Assembly: GCA_964500645.1 (NCBI GenBank)
Contig: CAZCOH010000005.1
Location: 5,297 to 69,296 of the forward strand
Origin: an uncultured Dehalococcoidia bacterium
GTDB lineage: Bacteria > Chloroflexota > Dehalococcoidia > Lucifugimonadales > UBA826
Reading direction: 5' to 3'
DNA: 64,000 nucleotides
In this document: piece by piece, positions 1 to 8,880 of the stretch
How positions within the stretch are numbered: the first letter of the stretch is position 1
Layout: every line of letters begins with the position of its first letter
The notes under the pieces: generated by a model
What the model was told of the DNA's origin: nothing
What the model saw: the letters and a program-made list of their open reading frames with translations, nothing else
Databases searched by the model: none
Position numbers and translations under genes: made by a program

Positions 1-48
1 CACAATAATCTTCACTTGATCGAATGGTAAAGGACAAGGTAAGGCTAT

Positions 49-1443
49 CTAACTTTGTAAATACTGCCCTACTTTACCGTTAACGCTTTTGTTAACAAGC
101 CTATTCAGATGAAGTCCTTCTAATATAAATTCTAGGCCTGAAGCAATCATTGAATCATCCGCTGAATTAACCAATTTCTCTAAGAGAACTCTGAGATCGG
201 GTACGCTCTCTATGGCTTTGATGTAATCCGAATTTGGAAGTTCAGGACCGGTCGATATTACTAGACCATCATTCATGCTATTAATAAGGGGCTCAAGACT
301 ATCTCTGTCAACAATCTCAGCGAATATATTCTGTATAGATCTCTGCATTAAAGACTTTATGATATCTGCCTCCTTACCCTCCTCAACAGTTTCAAGCTCT
401 AACTTACCCATAGTGGAAGAAATAATGCAATCGATGTCACTTATTCGGGGCGATGCATTTGTATTTTGTTTAATCGCCCTTTTGTAGGTCTGAGCCATCA
501 GGGTTTCATAATTGGCGATACTGACTCTCAGGCTTACCCCTGATCTTTGATTCACCTCTGGACTCTGTCGTGCAAGATGAGTAAATGTAACCAACAGGGT
601 TTTAATAAAATCGGGTAGCAGTACAACTTTATCAAGATCCTCAAATTTTTTACTTTCCTGGTCCACAATAGCAATTTCCTGGTGGATAGTCTCCGGATAA
701 TGTGTCCTGATTTGTGCGCCATATCTATCTTTTAGTGGGGTGATGATGCGGCCACGGTTCGTGTAATCCTCGGGGTTGGCAGTCGCTACCAGAAATATGT
801 CCAACGGCAATCTGAATTGATAACCTTTAATTTGAATATCTCTCTCTTGCAAGAGATTGAATAAGCTAACCTGTATACGCTCTGACAAATCCGGTAATTC
901 GTTGATACAAAAGATGCTTCTATGGGATCTCGGAATCATTCCGTAGTGTATCGCTCTTTCATCGGATAAATGCCTTCCTTCAGCGATTTTGATAGGGTCG
1001 ATTTCACCCACTAGATCACCAACGGACACATCCGGTGTCGCCAATTTCTCTGAAAAGCGGGACTCCTGGTCTAGCCAAGCTATTTCAACAGAATCCCCTT
1101 TTTCCTCGAGCAAAATTTTGCATTCAGTGCAAATAGGATCGATTGGGTCGCAATGTATTTCACAATTACTGATATATGGAATATTTTTGTCAAGCAAGTT
1201 TGTAAGACTTCTTAATATACGGGTTTTGGCTTGTCCTCTTTCCCCGAGGAGAATCAGGTCTTGGCCTGCCAATATAGCATTCTCCAGCTGAGGAATTACA
1301 GAGTCTTCAAAGCCGACAATCCCAGTAAAACTATCCACTCCATTTCTAAGATTCTCAACTAGGTTCGTTCTAATTTCCTGTTTTATTGTTTGAGGTTTAT
1401 AGGCTTGCTCTTTAAGTTCTTTAACTGTTTTTACTTCTATCAA
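49..1443 (-). CDS. AAA+ ATPase, ChlI/BchI-MoxR-like (magnesium-chelatase-like ATPase of unknown role)
   Basis: 464-aa ORF. Walker A is GERGQAKT; the Walker-B-like segment is IFCINELPDL. The downstream region VATANPEDYTNRGRIITPLKDR is typical of this AAA+ group. A Cys cluster CEIHCDPIDPICTEC is inserted. The TTG start overlaps the folB stop. Confidence 0.7.
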   Translation of the reverse strand: MIEVKTVKELKEQAYKPQTIKQEIRTNLVENLRNGVDSFTGIVGFEDSVIPQLENAILAGQDLILLGERGQAKTRILRSLTNLLDKNIPYISNCEIHCDPIDPICTECKILLEEKGDSVEIAWLDQESRFSEKLATPDVSVGDLVGEIDPIKIAEGRHLSDERAIHYGMIPRSHRSIFCINELPDLSERIQVSLFNLLQERDIQIKGYQFRLPLDIFLVATANPEDYTNRGRIITPLKDRYGAQIRTHYPETIHQEIAIVDQESKKFEDLDKVVLLPDFIKTLLVTFTHLARQSPEVNQRSGVSLRVSIANYETLMAQTYKRAIKQNTNASPRISDIDCIISSTMGKLELETVEEGKEADIIKSLMQRSIQNIFAEIVDRDSLEPLINSMNDGLVISTGPELPNSDYIKAIESVPDLRVLLEKLVNSADDSMIASGLEFILEGLHLNRLVNKSVNGKVGQYLQS

Positions 1444-1853
1444 TTGTCGTCCTTATAAAAACTGTCTGGGCTGTCATTTTCGCCCAAGCGTACTATCTCG
1501 ATCGCCGCATAATCTAAGGATCCCCCTTGTAGGACCAAATCAGGTTTTGCGATTCTGATTGTCAACTGTTTTATTCTGTAAATAGAGAGCAGTATATCTG
1601 CTATCTCCTCAGCAACAGTCTCCAATAGGTTACGCGGTTCTCCCTCCACAATATTTCTTACCTTTTGGTAGATGTCTGAATAATTAATAGTCTCTTCAAT
1701 ATTGTCAGATATCCCTGCTTTATGCAGATCCGTTATACATTCTAGATTGACCAGGAAATACTGACCAGCTTTACGTTCTTCATCATGGACCCCATGAAAC
1801 CCGTAAAAGCGCATCCCATTTAAAATAATTTTGTCGGAGATATTACCTCTCAA
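1440..1853 (-). CDS. folB: dihydroneopterin aldolase
   Basis: 137-aa ORF. The N-terminal LNGMRFYGFHGVHDEERKAGQYF and the overall size match the FolB family. Confidence 0.85.
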   Translation of the reverse strand: MRGNISDKIILNGMRFYGFHGVHDEERKAGQYFLVNLECITDLHKAGISDNIEETINYSDIYQKVRNIVEGEPRNLLETVAEEIADILLSIYRIKQLTIRIAKPDLVLQGGSLDYAAIEIVRLGENDSPDSFYKDDN

Positions 1854-1856
1854 CTT

Positions 1857-2732
1857 TTAGTCCCCATTCTGAAATTGTTCAGCCATTTTGATGAGAGCTT
1901 GCGCCCTTTTAACAACGGGCACATCGATTACCAAGCCATCTAGTGAAGTCGAACCTCGGCCCTGCCTTTCGGCTTCCTCAAAAACCTCTATAACTTTTTT
2001 AGCATGCTCTATTTCAATAGTACCTGGAGTGAAGGCCTCATTGATGACATTTATCTGGTCAGGGTGAATGGCAAACTTGCCTTTGTAACCAATGGACTTA
2101 CTCATAATCGAGTTAACTTTTAGGGCTTCGGAATCTTTAAATCCAAAGAAAGGTGTATCAAGAGCCGGAACACCTGCAGCCCTCGCAGCAATCGACATAT
2201 AATTTTTTGCAAATGAGATATCTTTGTCATCGCTCCGTCTTTCTATGCCCATATCATTAGTGAAATCCTCCGCGCCGAAAGCCGAGGCACAAATCCGGTC
2301 GGACTGGGTCAAAATACTGTGGCAGTCGATAATTGCGTTAGCTGTTTCAATCCATGGAATGAGAGTGAGCTTGCCCACTTTAATACCGGCATTTCGTTCT
2401 CCTGTCTCTAAAATCTGTTCAACCTGATCTATGTCTTTGGTTGAATTGATCTTACCTACAGATATGCCGTAGATTCCCTTGGAGATAACCGCATTCAAGT
2501 CTTTTTCAAAATAACCTGACTCCAAAGAGTTCAATCGAGGTATAACTGGAACACCCTGAGAAGATAGTAACTCAATGTGTGCTGCTACGATTTCTCTAGC
2601 GTCATCTTTGTCATTCTCGGCGACAGAGTCTTCCATATCCGGGATGAAAACATCTGGATAAAATGTTGACGCTTTCTTTAACATCTTAGGTTGATTTCCA
2701 GGAACGAAAAGCAAACTTCTGAAATAATCCAC
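1857..2732 (-). CDS. HpcH/HpaI-CitE family lyase (citryl/malyl-CoA lyase beta-subunit-like)
   Basis: 291-aa ORF. It begins RSLLFVPGN and carries the DMEDSV acidic metal motif and FGAEDF, as in the CitE-like family. Confidence 0.8.
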   Translation of the reverse strand: MDYFRSLLFVPGNQPKMLKKASTFYPDVFIPDMEDSVAENDKDDAREIVAAHIELLSSQGVPVIPRLNSLESGYFEKDLNAVISKGIYGISVGKINSTKDIDQVEQILETGERNAGIKVGKLTLIPWIETANAIIDCHSILTQSDRICASAFGAEDFTNDMGIERRSDDKDISFAKNYMSIAARAAGVPALDTPFFGFKDSEALKVNSIMSKSIGYKGKFAIHPDQINVINEAFTPGTIEIEHAKKVIEVFEEAERQGRGSTSLDGLVIDVPVVKRAQALIKMAEQFQNGD

Positions 2733-2838
2733 GGATAAGCCTCGTCTTTGTCACTCTTTGATAAATTAGCCGATTGAGTATAGCATCGGCTGGGTCAATT
2801 ATCTGACCAATATTTAACTCTTAGTCGGGAGAATTTAT

Positions 2839-3603
2839 TTGCAACAGGGTATACACATATATGCATTGCAAGGCTTACCTGAATTTCAGGTAGGAGACGA
2901 CATTGCTAGTTCTATTATTGTTTCCGCAAAAGAAACTTTAGGAGGATTGAAGGACTCTGATGTCCTTGTGGTTACTCAGAAAATCGTCTCAAAGTCAGAA
3001 GGAATGACAGTGAATCTTTCGACAGTTGAGCCAGGTGTTGAATCAAGAACTCTAGCCAAAAAGACTGGCAAAGATCCTCGACTGGTCGAACTAATTTTAA
3101 GAGAATCGAAATCTCTAGTCAGGGTGGAGGAAGAGCGGGGTATAATAATCTCTGAGACTCATCATGGATTCGTGTGCGCCAACGCTGGTATAGATTCCTC
3201 TAACATTCCGGGAGAGGATAATGTCTGCCTTCTGCCAAAAGACTCCAATAAATCCGCCTGGCAAATTCGCGAGCAACTCATTAAGCGCGCCAAGCTGGAA
3301 AAAATCGCGGTGTTGATTTCTGACACTTTTGGTCGTCCATGGAGGGATGGCCATCTAAACTTCGCAATAGGTGCAGCCGGAATTAGACCCATACATGATT
3401 ACAGGGAAACGATCGATGCCGTAGGAAAAGTTATGAGAGTTTCTATGACTGCAACGGCCGACATTTTAGCCGCAGCAGCAGATTTGGTTTCAGGAAAAGC
3501 TACTAACACTCCAATTTCATTGATCCGCGGTCTCAGATACGAGACCGGAGAAGAAGATGCACGGATTTTATTAAGAGATGTAAGAAAGGATCTTTTCCGG
3601 TAG
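2839..3603 (+). CDS. cofE: coenzyme F420-0:L-glutamate ligase (F420 gamma-glutamyl ligase)
   Basis: 254-aa ORF. The motifs VVTQKIVSKSEG and FVCANAGIDSSN are characteristic of CofE / the FbiB N-terminal domain. TTG start with GGGAGA 8 nt upstream. Confidence 0.8.
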   Translation: MQQGIHIYALQGLPEFQVGDDIASSIIVSAKETLGGLKDSDVLVVTQKIVSKSEGMTVNLSTVEPGVESRTLAKKTGKDPRLVELILRESKSLVRVEEERGIIISETHHGFVCANAGIDSSNIPGEDNVCLLPKDSNKSAWQIREQLIKRAKLEKIAVLISDTFGRPWRDGHLNFAIGAAGIRPIHDYRETIDAVGKVMRVSMTATADILAAAADLVSGKATNTPISLIRGLRYETGEEDARILLRDVRKDLFR

Positions 3604-3614
3604 CCTAGCTAACG

Positions 3615-3902
3615 TTAAAAGGCGTCCTCAGCCTTGATTGACTGGGCCACTGACGAATAATCCGAATCTTTGGAGACTCCCTCACTACGACTCAGACGAT
3701 CAAGACTCACTTCGGATCCCCAGGAAGAACCTTCAAAATAATTCATGAATTCTTTTTGGGCGCCGCAATGCTTGCAAATCCCTGAACTCATTGGGCCGTC
3801 AGGATCACCAATCATCCAGTGATGACTGCAACCTAAATTTTCTTCCTCGCCTAATTCTTCCCTCTTAATTTCTTTCGTAATTGCCACGACAGCACTCTCC
3901 AA
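3615..3902 (-). CDS. hypothetical small Cys-containing protein (possible zinc-binding)
   Basis: 95-aa ORF with C-x16-C-x2-C (GCSHHW...SSGICKHCG). The track start is TTG. A GTG five codons downstream is preceded by GGAGAG and may be the true start. Confidence 0.5.
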   Translation of the reverse strand: MESAVVAITKEIKREELGEEENLGCSHHWMIGDPDGPMSSGICKHCGAQKEFMNYFEGSSWGSEVSLDRLSRSEGVSKDSDYSSVAQSIKAEDAF

Positions 3903-3982
3903 TGAATATCTATAACTTAACTTTCAATAGTATATCATATTTCTATGGGAGTACCACAATACTATTAACATTCACAATACTG

Positions 3983-4651
3983 TTAGTCTTGCCAACCTTC
4001 TTTCCGAAAGGCCGCACCCCAAAATCTATATTCGTGTTCGCTACTTTTAAAGAAAATGTTGACCAGGTTCATACGTCCATCTTCCGCAAGTTTGTCTTGT
4101 TCACGATCGATGAAATTACGAAGATCCCTTGCTAACTCCTCAAATTCTAAGGAACTATACATTTCGATCCAACGTCTATACAAAGGAGCCTCCGTTGGAA
4201 GGCCTTGAGATGTTAATTTTTTGCCTATCTCTGAATATCCCCATGAACAAGGAAGGATTGCAACAGCCGTATCTATGGTTGTCCCGTTATTTGCCACCTG
4301 CAACAGATGGTTTATATAGGCCTCGGTCGTAGGAGATGGTACAGTTTGGGAAATGTCTTCTTCCGATAATCCAAATTCTTGGCAATAGCTTAAGTGCAAA
4401 TCCATTTCAGTATTTAATGTTTCGTTTAGGAGTCTAGAAAACCAGGACATATCCTCTAAATTGTTGGCCTTTGCAATTGCAATAGCGATTGCTCGTGAAA
4501 ATCCAATAAGAAAAACAAAATCCTGCTTTAGATAATATTGAAATTTATCAATTGGGAGCGTTCCATCTCCAATACCTTGCACAAATGGGTGATTGTGTTC
4601 TTTTCTCCATAATGGGTCGACCTTACGCCGGATTTCTTCTGTAAAACTCAA
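3983..4651 (-). CDS. tenA: thiaminase II / aminopyrimidine aminohydrolase (TenA family, Cys-containing type)
   Basis: 222-aa ORF. HPFVQGIGDGTLPIDKFQYYLKQDFVFL and the active-site-like LPCSWGY are typical of TenA. Confidence 0.85.
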   Translation of the reverse strand: MSFTEEIRRKVDPLWRKEHNHPFVQGIGDGTLPIDKFQYYLKQDFVFLIGFSRAIAIAIAKANNLEDMSWFSRLLNETLNTEMDLHLSYCQEFGLSEEDISQTVPSPTTEAYINHLLQVANNGTTIDTAVAILPCSWGYSEIGKKLTSQGLPTEAPLYRRWIEMYSSLEFEELARDLRNFIDREQDKLAEDGRMNLVNIFFKSSEHEYRFWGAAFRKEGWQD

Positions 4652-4665
4652 TGATAAGTTCCTTG

Positions 4666-5055
4666 TTAAGCTACTGCTTCTATCTTGATATCTGATCCAG
4701 AGGGAACAGATTTAAAAACTAGTGGGTCTCCTATTATTTTGCCAAGCAAATTAACCTCACTGGCAGCGCGTATTTCGTCTCCTATAGAAGCTGGTGTCGG
4801 GCCAAAGAAAATACAAAAAGCGTTACCTGGAGGCCAAAAGGCAATATCGCCTAGATTAACAATCTCCGACGCATCCTCCTGTAGTTCCATCGAATGGTCA
4901 ATAGAAAAATATATTTCTAGACCCCACGTATTAACTCTTCCGGTAAAGGGAAGAGATGAATAAAAATTGTCGGATTCCGATCGATCTAACAATTCAGCCT
5001 CGACTGTGATATTTTGCGTGGTGATCTGAATTTTTTTATTTGGCATTGTTACCAC
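4666..5055 (-). CDS. cyclophilin-like fold protein (uncharacterised family)
   Basis: 129-aa ORF. The GDIAFWPPGNAFCIFFGPTP segment resembles cyclophilin-like superfamily proteins of unknown function. Confidence 0.55.
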   Translation of the reverse strand: MVTMPNKKIQITTQNITVEAELLDRSESDNFYSSLPFTGRVNTWGLEIYFSIDHSMELQEDASEIVNLGDIAFWPPGNAFCIFFGPTPASIGDEIRAASEVNLLGKIIGDPLVFKSVPSGSDIKIEAVA

Positions 5056-5123
5056 CTAAGAATTTCTGTGAATTGTTTATTTTTTTCGTTAATACTATAC
5101 GAAACCAATTAAGGGGGATTTAA

Positions 5124-6623
5124 TTGACTTCGGAGGGCTATATTTTAACTGTAGATCAGGGTACGACCGGAACGAGGGCCTGTTTGGTAGACCATTCAGG
5201 CCAAATATTATGGTCATCTTATAAAGAAGTCCCTCAAATTTATCCGAGGCCAGGTTGGGTTGAACAAGACCCGCTTTTGATAACAGAGAGTGTTCTTCAA
5301 ACTATAGAAGATCTATTGGACGACTATGAAGTCTCCCCCAAGGAAATTTGCGGGCTTGGCCTGACTAATCAAAGAGAAACTACTATTGTCTGGAATAAGG
5401 AAACTGGTGAACCGATTTCTAACGCTATAGTCTGGCAATGTAGGCGAACGGCTGATATATGCAATGACATGAAGGAAAAAGGCCTCGCCAATAAGGTTTT
5501 TGAAGTCACAGGCCTTCCAATTGATCCTTATTTTTCTGCTACAAAAATAAGATGGATTCTAGATAATGTCCCTGGTGCGCATCAAATGGCTAGAAATGAC
5601 AGATTGGCCTTTGGTACGGTTGATTCATGGCTTATATGGCACTTGACTAACGGTAAGAGTCACATAACAGATGTGTCCAACGCAAGCCGAACCATGTTGT
5701 TCGACATTAAATCTTCCAAATGGTCCAATGAAATGTTAGAAATTATGGATATTCCAGAAACCATGTTACCCGAAGTCGTGTCATCAAGCGGAAATTTAAC
5801 CGACGTTTCAGGTAATCATTTTGGCGGTTACACAATCCCGATCTCAGGGATTGCAGGAGATCAACAAAGTGCCCTCTTTGGGCAATGTTGTTTTAATCCA
5901 GGAATGTTAAAGGTTACATACGGAACTGGTGCTTTCCTTCTTATGAACACTGGGCGTGAACTCGTAAGAAGTGGTGAGGGGTTGTTATCAACCGTGGCGT
6001 GGGATATCGAAGGCGAAATTACTTATGCATTGGAGGGGGGAGTCTTTTCCGCTGGCTCAGCCGTTCAGTGGCTCAGGGACGAAATGGGGTTAATATCTCA
6101 AGCAGACGAAATCGAGACTCTGGCCAACTCTGTCGCTGATAATGGTGGCGTTTACTTTGTCCCAGCTTTCAATGGCCTCGGCAGCCCATATTGGGATCCG
6201 TTTGCCCGAGGTTCTATACAAGGCCTGACAAGAGGAAGTAACAAAGGTCATCTTGCACGCGCTATCCTAGAGTCTATTGCATATCAATGTAATGAAGTAC
6301 TCAGCCTGATGTTCGCGGAGGCTAACAGACCTATTACCTCGTTAAAGGCCGATGGAGGAGCTTCATCCAACAATCTATTAATGCAATTTCAAGCTGACAT
6401 TTCTGGTTTTTCTGTAAATCGTGCACATTCACTTGAAACAACATCCTTAGGCGCCGCTTATCTCGCAGGATTAGGTATAGGCTTCTGGGACAATCAAGAA
6501 GAGATAGCTCGTCTTTGGAAAACTGGTGGCGATTTCATCCCCACTTTTACTCCGGACATCAGGGAAAAACTAAAAGGCGATTGGCAAAGAGCTGCCAAGC
6601 GTTCACTAGAATGGATTTCGTGA
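5124..6623 (+). CDS. glpK: glycerol kinase
   Basis: 499-aa ORF. FGGY kinase signatures are present: LTVDQGTTGTRA, NQRETTIVW, GIAGDQQSALFGQ, KADGGASSNNLLMQFQADI. Confidence 0.95.
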   Translation: MTSEGYILTVDQGTTGTRACLVDHSGQILWSSYKEVPQIYPRPGWVEQDPLLITESVLQTIEDLLDDYEVSPKEICGLGLTNQRETTIVWNKETGEPISNAIVWQCRRTADICNDMKEKGLANKVFEVTGLPIDPYFSATKIRWILDNVPGAHQMARNDRLAFGTVDSWLIWHLTNGKSHITDVSNASRTMLFDIKSSKWSNEMLEIMDIPETMLPEVVSSSGNLTDVSGNHFGGYTIPISGIAGDQQSALFGQCCFNPGMLKVTYGTGAFLLMNTGRELVRSGEGLLSTVAWDIEGEITYALEGGVFSAGSAVQWLRDEMGLISQADEIETLANSVADNGGVYFVPAFNGLGSPYWDPFARGSIQGLTRGSNKGHLARAILESIAYQCNEVLSLMFAEANRPITSLKADGGASSNNLLMQFQADISGFSVNRAHSLETTSLGAAYLAGLGIGFWDNQEEIARLWKTGGDFIPTFTPDIREKLKGDWQRAAKRSLEWIS

Positions 6624-6662
6624 ATTAAGACAAAGTCATAAAATAAAAAAGTTGAGGTTAAA

Positions 6663-7706
6663 ATGCCAACAATTCAACCCCAGAAACTTGAAGGAATTGC
6701 CACTCGTTTGCTGGTCGCCGCCGGTGCATCCGAGGAGGAGGCTGAGATAATATCGAGGCATTCAATCGGCGCCAATTTAGCGGGCCATGACTCACATGGA
6801 ATTATCCAAATTCCGACCTATATAGACCGTATAGACAGGGGACATATAGTTCCAGGAGCGGAATTTGAAATTTTGAAAGATTCTCCTACAACGACAGTAA
6901 TTGATGGACACTGGGGCTTTGGTTATGTAGTGACCGAAAGGGCAATGAAATTAACAATTGAGAAAGCCCGAACCCAGAATGTCGCGGCTGCCACGGTGCA
7001 TCGTCAGAGTCATATTGGTCGTTTGGCGGCATATCCTTTAATGGCGGCAAAAGAAGACATGATAGCGATGATTACCGCTGATTCCGGTCGCTCAGCCAAG
7101 GGAGTGGTTCCATTCGGGGGTATCGAAAAACGCTTGGGAACCAATCCGATTTCAATGGCAATGCCAAGTGATCTAGAGGGGCCTTTCTTTCTAGACATGG
7201 CAACAAGTGCGGTTGCTGCCGGAAAAATTAATTTGGCGAAGGCGAGAGGAACAGAGATCCCTAAGGGTTGGATGATTGATAAGAATGGGAATCCGTCTCA
7301 AGACCCGAATGATCTATCAAATGGAGGATCGATTCTTCCTCTAGGGGCTGATCAGGGCCATAAAGGCTACGGACTATCCTCTATGGTCGAAATATTTTCA
7401 GGTATTCTCCCTGGATTAGGGTTTGGCCATGATCCATCAGGCAGACATAATGATGGGTGTTTTATAGCGGTGTTTAAGCTTGAAGCTTTTAGGGATGTCC
7501 CAGAATTTAAAAAGGAGGTAGCTGATTTCGCTAAATATCTAAAAAGCTCGGAACCATCAAAAGGATTTAAAGAAGTTTATTACCCTGGTGAAATAGAATA
7601 TTTGAAAGAACTCGAACAACTGGAACAAGGTATTTTTGTTGAAGATGCTACTTGGGCTCAATTAGTCGAATTAGCTCAGAAATATGGGGTTGAGCACGTG
7701 ATGTAA
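6663..7706 (+). CDS. Ldh_2 family oxidoreductase (malate/L-lactate/sulfolactate dehydrogenase type 2)
   Basis: 347-aa ORF. GHDSHGIIQIPTYIDR and LGTNPISMAMP are typical of the Ldh_2 family. Confidence 0.8.
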   Translation: MPTIQPQKLEGIATRLLVAAGASEEEAEIISRHSIGANLAGHDSHGIIQIPTYIDRIDRGHIVPGAEFEILKDSPTTTVIDGHWGFGYVVTERAMKLTIEKARTQNVAAATVHRQSHIGRLAAYPLMAAKEDMIAMITADSGRSAKGVVPFGGIEKRLGTNPISMAMPSDLEGPFFLDMATSAVAAGKINLAKARGTEIPKGWMIDKNGNPSQDPNDLSNGGSILPLGADQGHKGYGLSSMVEIFSGILPGLGFGHDPSGRHNDGCFIAVFKLEAFRDVPEFKKEVADFAKYLKSSEPSKGFKEVYYPGEIEYLKELEQLEQGIFVEDATWAQLVELAQKYGVEHVM

Positions 7707-7734
7707 CCTACATTAATCCTAGAGGAATGACTTC

Positions 7735-8829
7735 TTAGATTTGGCCTGATATCACGTCACCCATTTTCCCCGTATCGACTTTGTCACCTCCGTCGGAAGA
7801 AATATCTGCTGTTCTGTATCCTTCTGAAAGAACAGAATCCACGGCGTTTTCAATAGCTTTCGCTTCCTCTTCTAGTCCAAAAGATAGCCTGAGCATCATA
7901 GCTGTGCTTAATATTGACCCAATTGGATTTGCTATCCCCTGCCCTGCTATATCTGGCGCTGATCCATGTATAGGTTCATATAAGCCTATACCCTTCTTTG
8001 AACCTTTCTCCCCAGGCAAGGCTGAAAGACTTGCTGACGGCAACATACCCATCGATCCAGAGAGGACTGAAGCTTCATCAGTGAGGATGTCTCCGAAAGT
8101 ATTCTCGGAGACTATCACATCAAATGACGCAGGATTTCTTATTAATTGCATAGCAGCGTTATCCACAAGGATGTGTTCCAGTTCCACCTCGGGATACTGA
8201 TGGGATAATTCTATGGCTATCTCTCTCCAAAGGCGCGAAGACTCTAGAACATTCTGCTTGTCCACTGAAGTCAATTTATTTCGCCTACCCTTGGCCAGCT
8301 TGAAGCCTACCTCCAGTATCCTTTTGATTTCGCCCTCCGTATATTTCAATGTATCGACACCTCTTCTTCCCCTCTTAGTACTCCAACGTCTTTTTGGCTT
8401 TCCAAAATAGAGGCCTCCAGTCAGTTCTCTGAGAACCAACATATCCACCCCCTCAAGAAATTCTGGTTTCAATGGAGTGGAATTTATCAACGACGGATAA
8501 ACTTTAACTGGTCGTAAGTTCGCAAAAAGCCCAAGAGATTTCCTTATAGCTAAGATACCATCTTCAGGTCTCACATTATTACTTGGATCATCCCATTTAG
8601 GTCCCCCGACAGCACCAAAAAGTATGGCATCAGATTCATTGCAAATTGATAGTGTTTCCTTAGGCAATGCTGAACCATGGCTGTCTATTGCATTTCCACC
8701 TATCGGTCCGCTTCCCAGTTTGAAAGTATGGCCAAATTTATAAGAAATCGCTTCCAATACCTTTACGGATTCAGAAATAACTTCCGGGCCGATTCCATCT
8801 CCGGATAAAACAGCTATCGAGGCTTCCAT
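7735..8829 (-). CDS. leuB: 3-isopropylmalate dehydrogenase
   Basis: 364-aa ORF. IAVLSGDGIGPEV, LFANLRPV, NTFGDILTDEASVLSGSMGMLPSASL and YEPIHGSAPDIAGQGIANP are present. Confidence 0.9.
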   Translation of the reverse strand: MEASIAVLSGDGIGPEVISESVKVLEAISYKFGHTFKLGSGPIGGNAIDSHGSALPKETLSICNESDAILFGAVGGPKWDDPSNNVRPEDGILAIRKSLGLFANLRPVKVYPSLINSTPLKPEFLEGVDMLVLRELTGGLYFGKPKRRWSTKRGRRGVDTLKYTEGEIKRILEVGFKLAKGRRNKLTSVDKQNVLESSRLWREIAIELSHQYPEVELEHILVDNAAMQLIRNPASFDVIVSENTFGDILTDEASVLSGSMGMLPSASLSALPGEKGSKKGIGLYEPIHGSAPDIAGQGIANPIGSILSTAMMLRLSFGLEEEAKAIENAVDSVLSEGYRTADISSDGGDKVDTGKMGDVISGQI

Positions 8830-8880
8830 GCAAACATTCTCCTGATTTTTAAACCCTTAACTTTTATGAACCGACCATAA

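Noticed and set aside
2769-2790. Inverted repeat GCCGAT-N10-ATCGGC in the citE-like/cofE divergent spacer
   Set aside because: A 6-8 bp stem in a 106-nt spacer is within chance expectation. It has no flanking U-tract or second copy.
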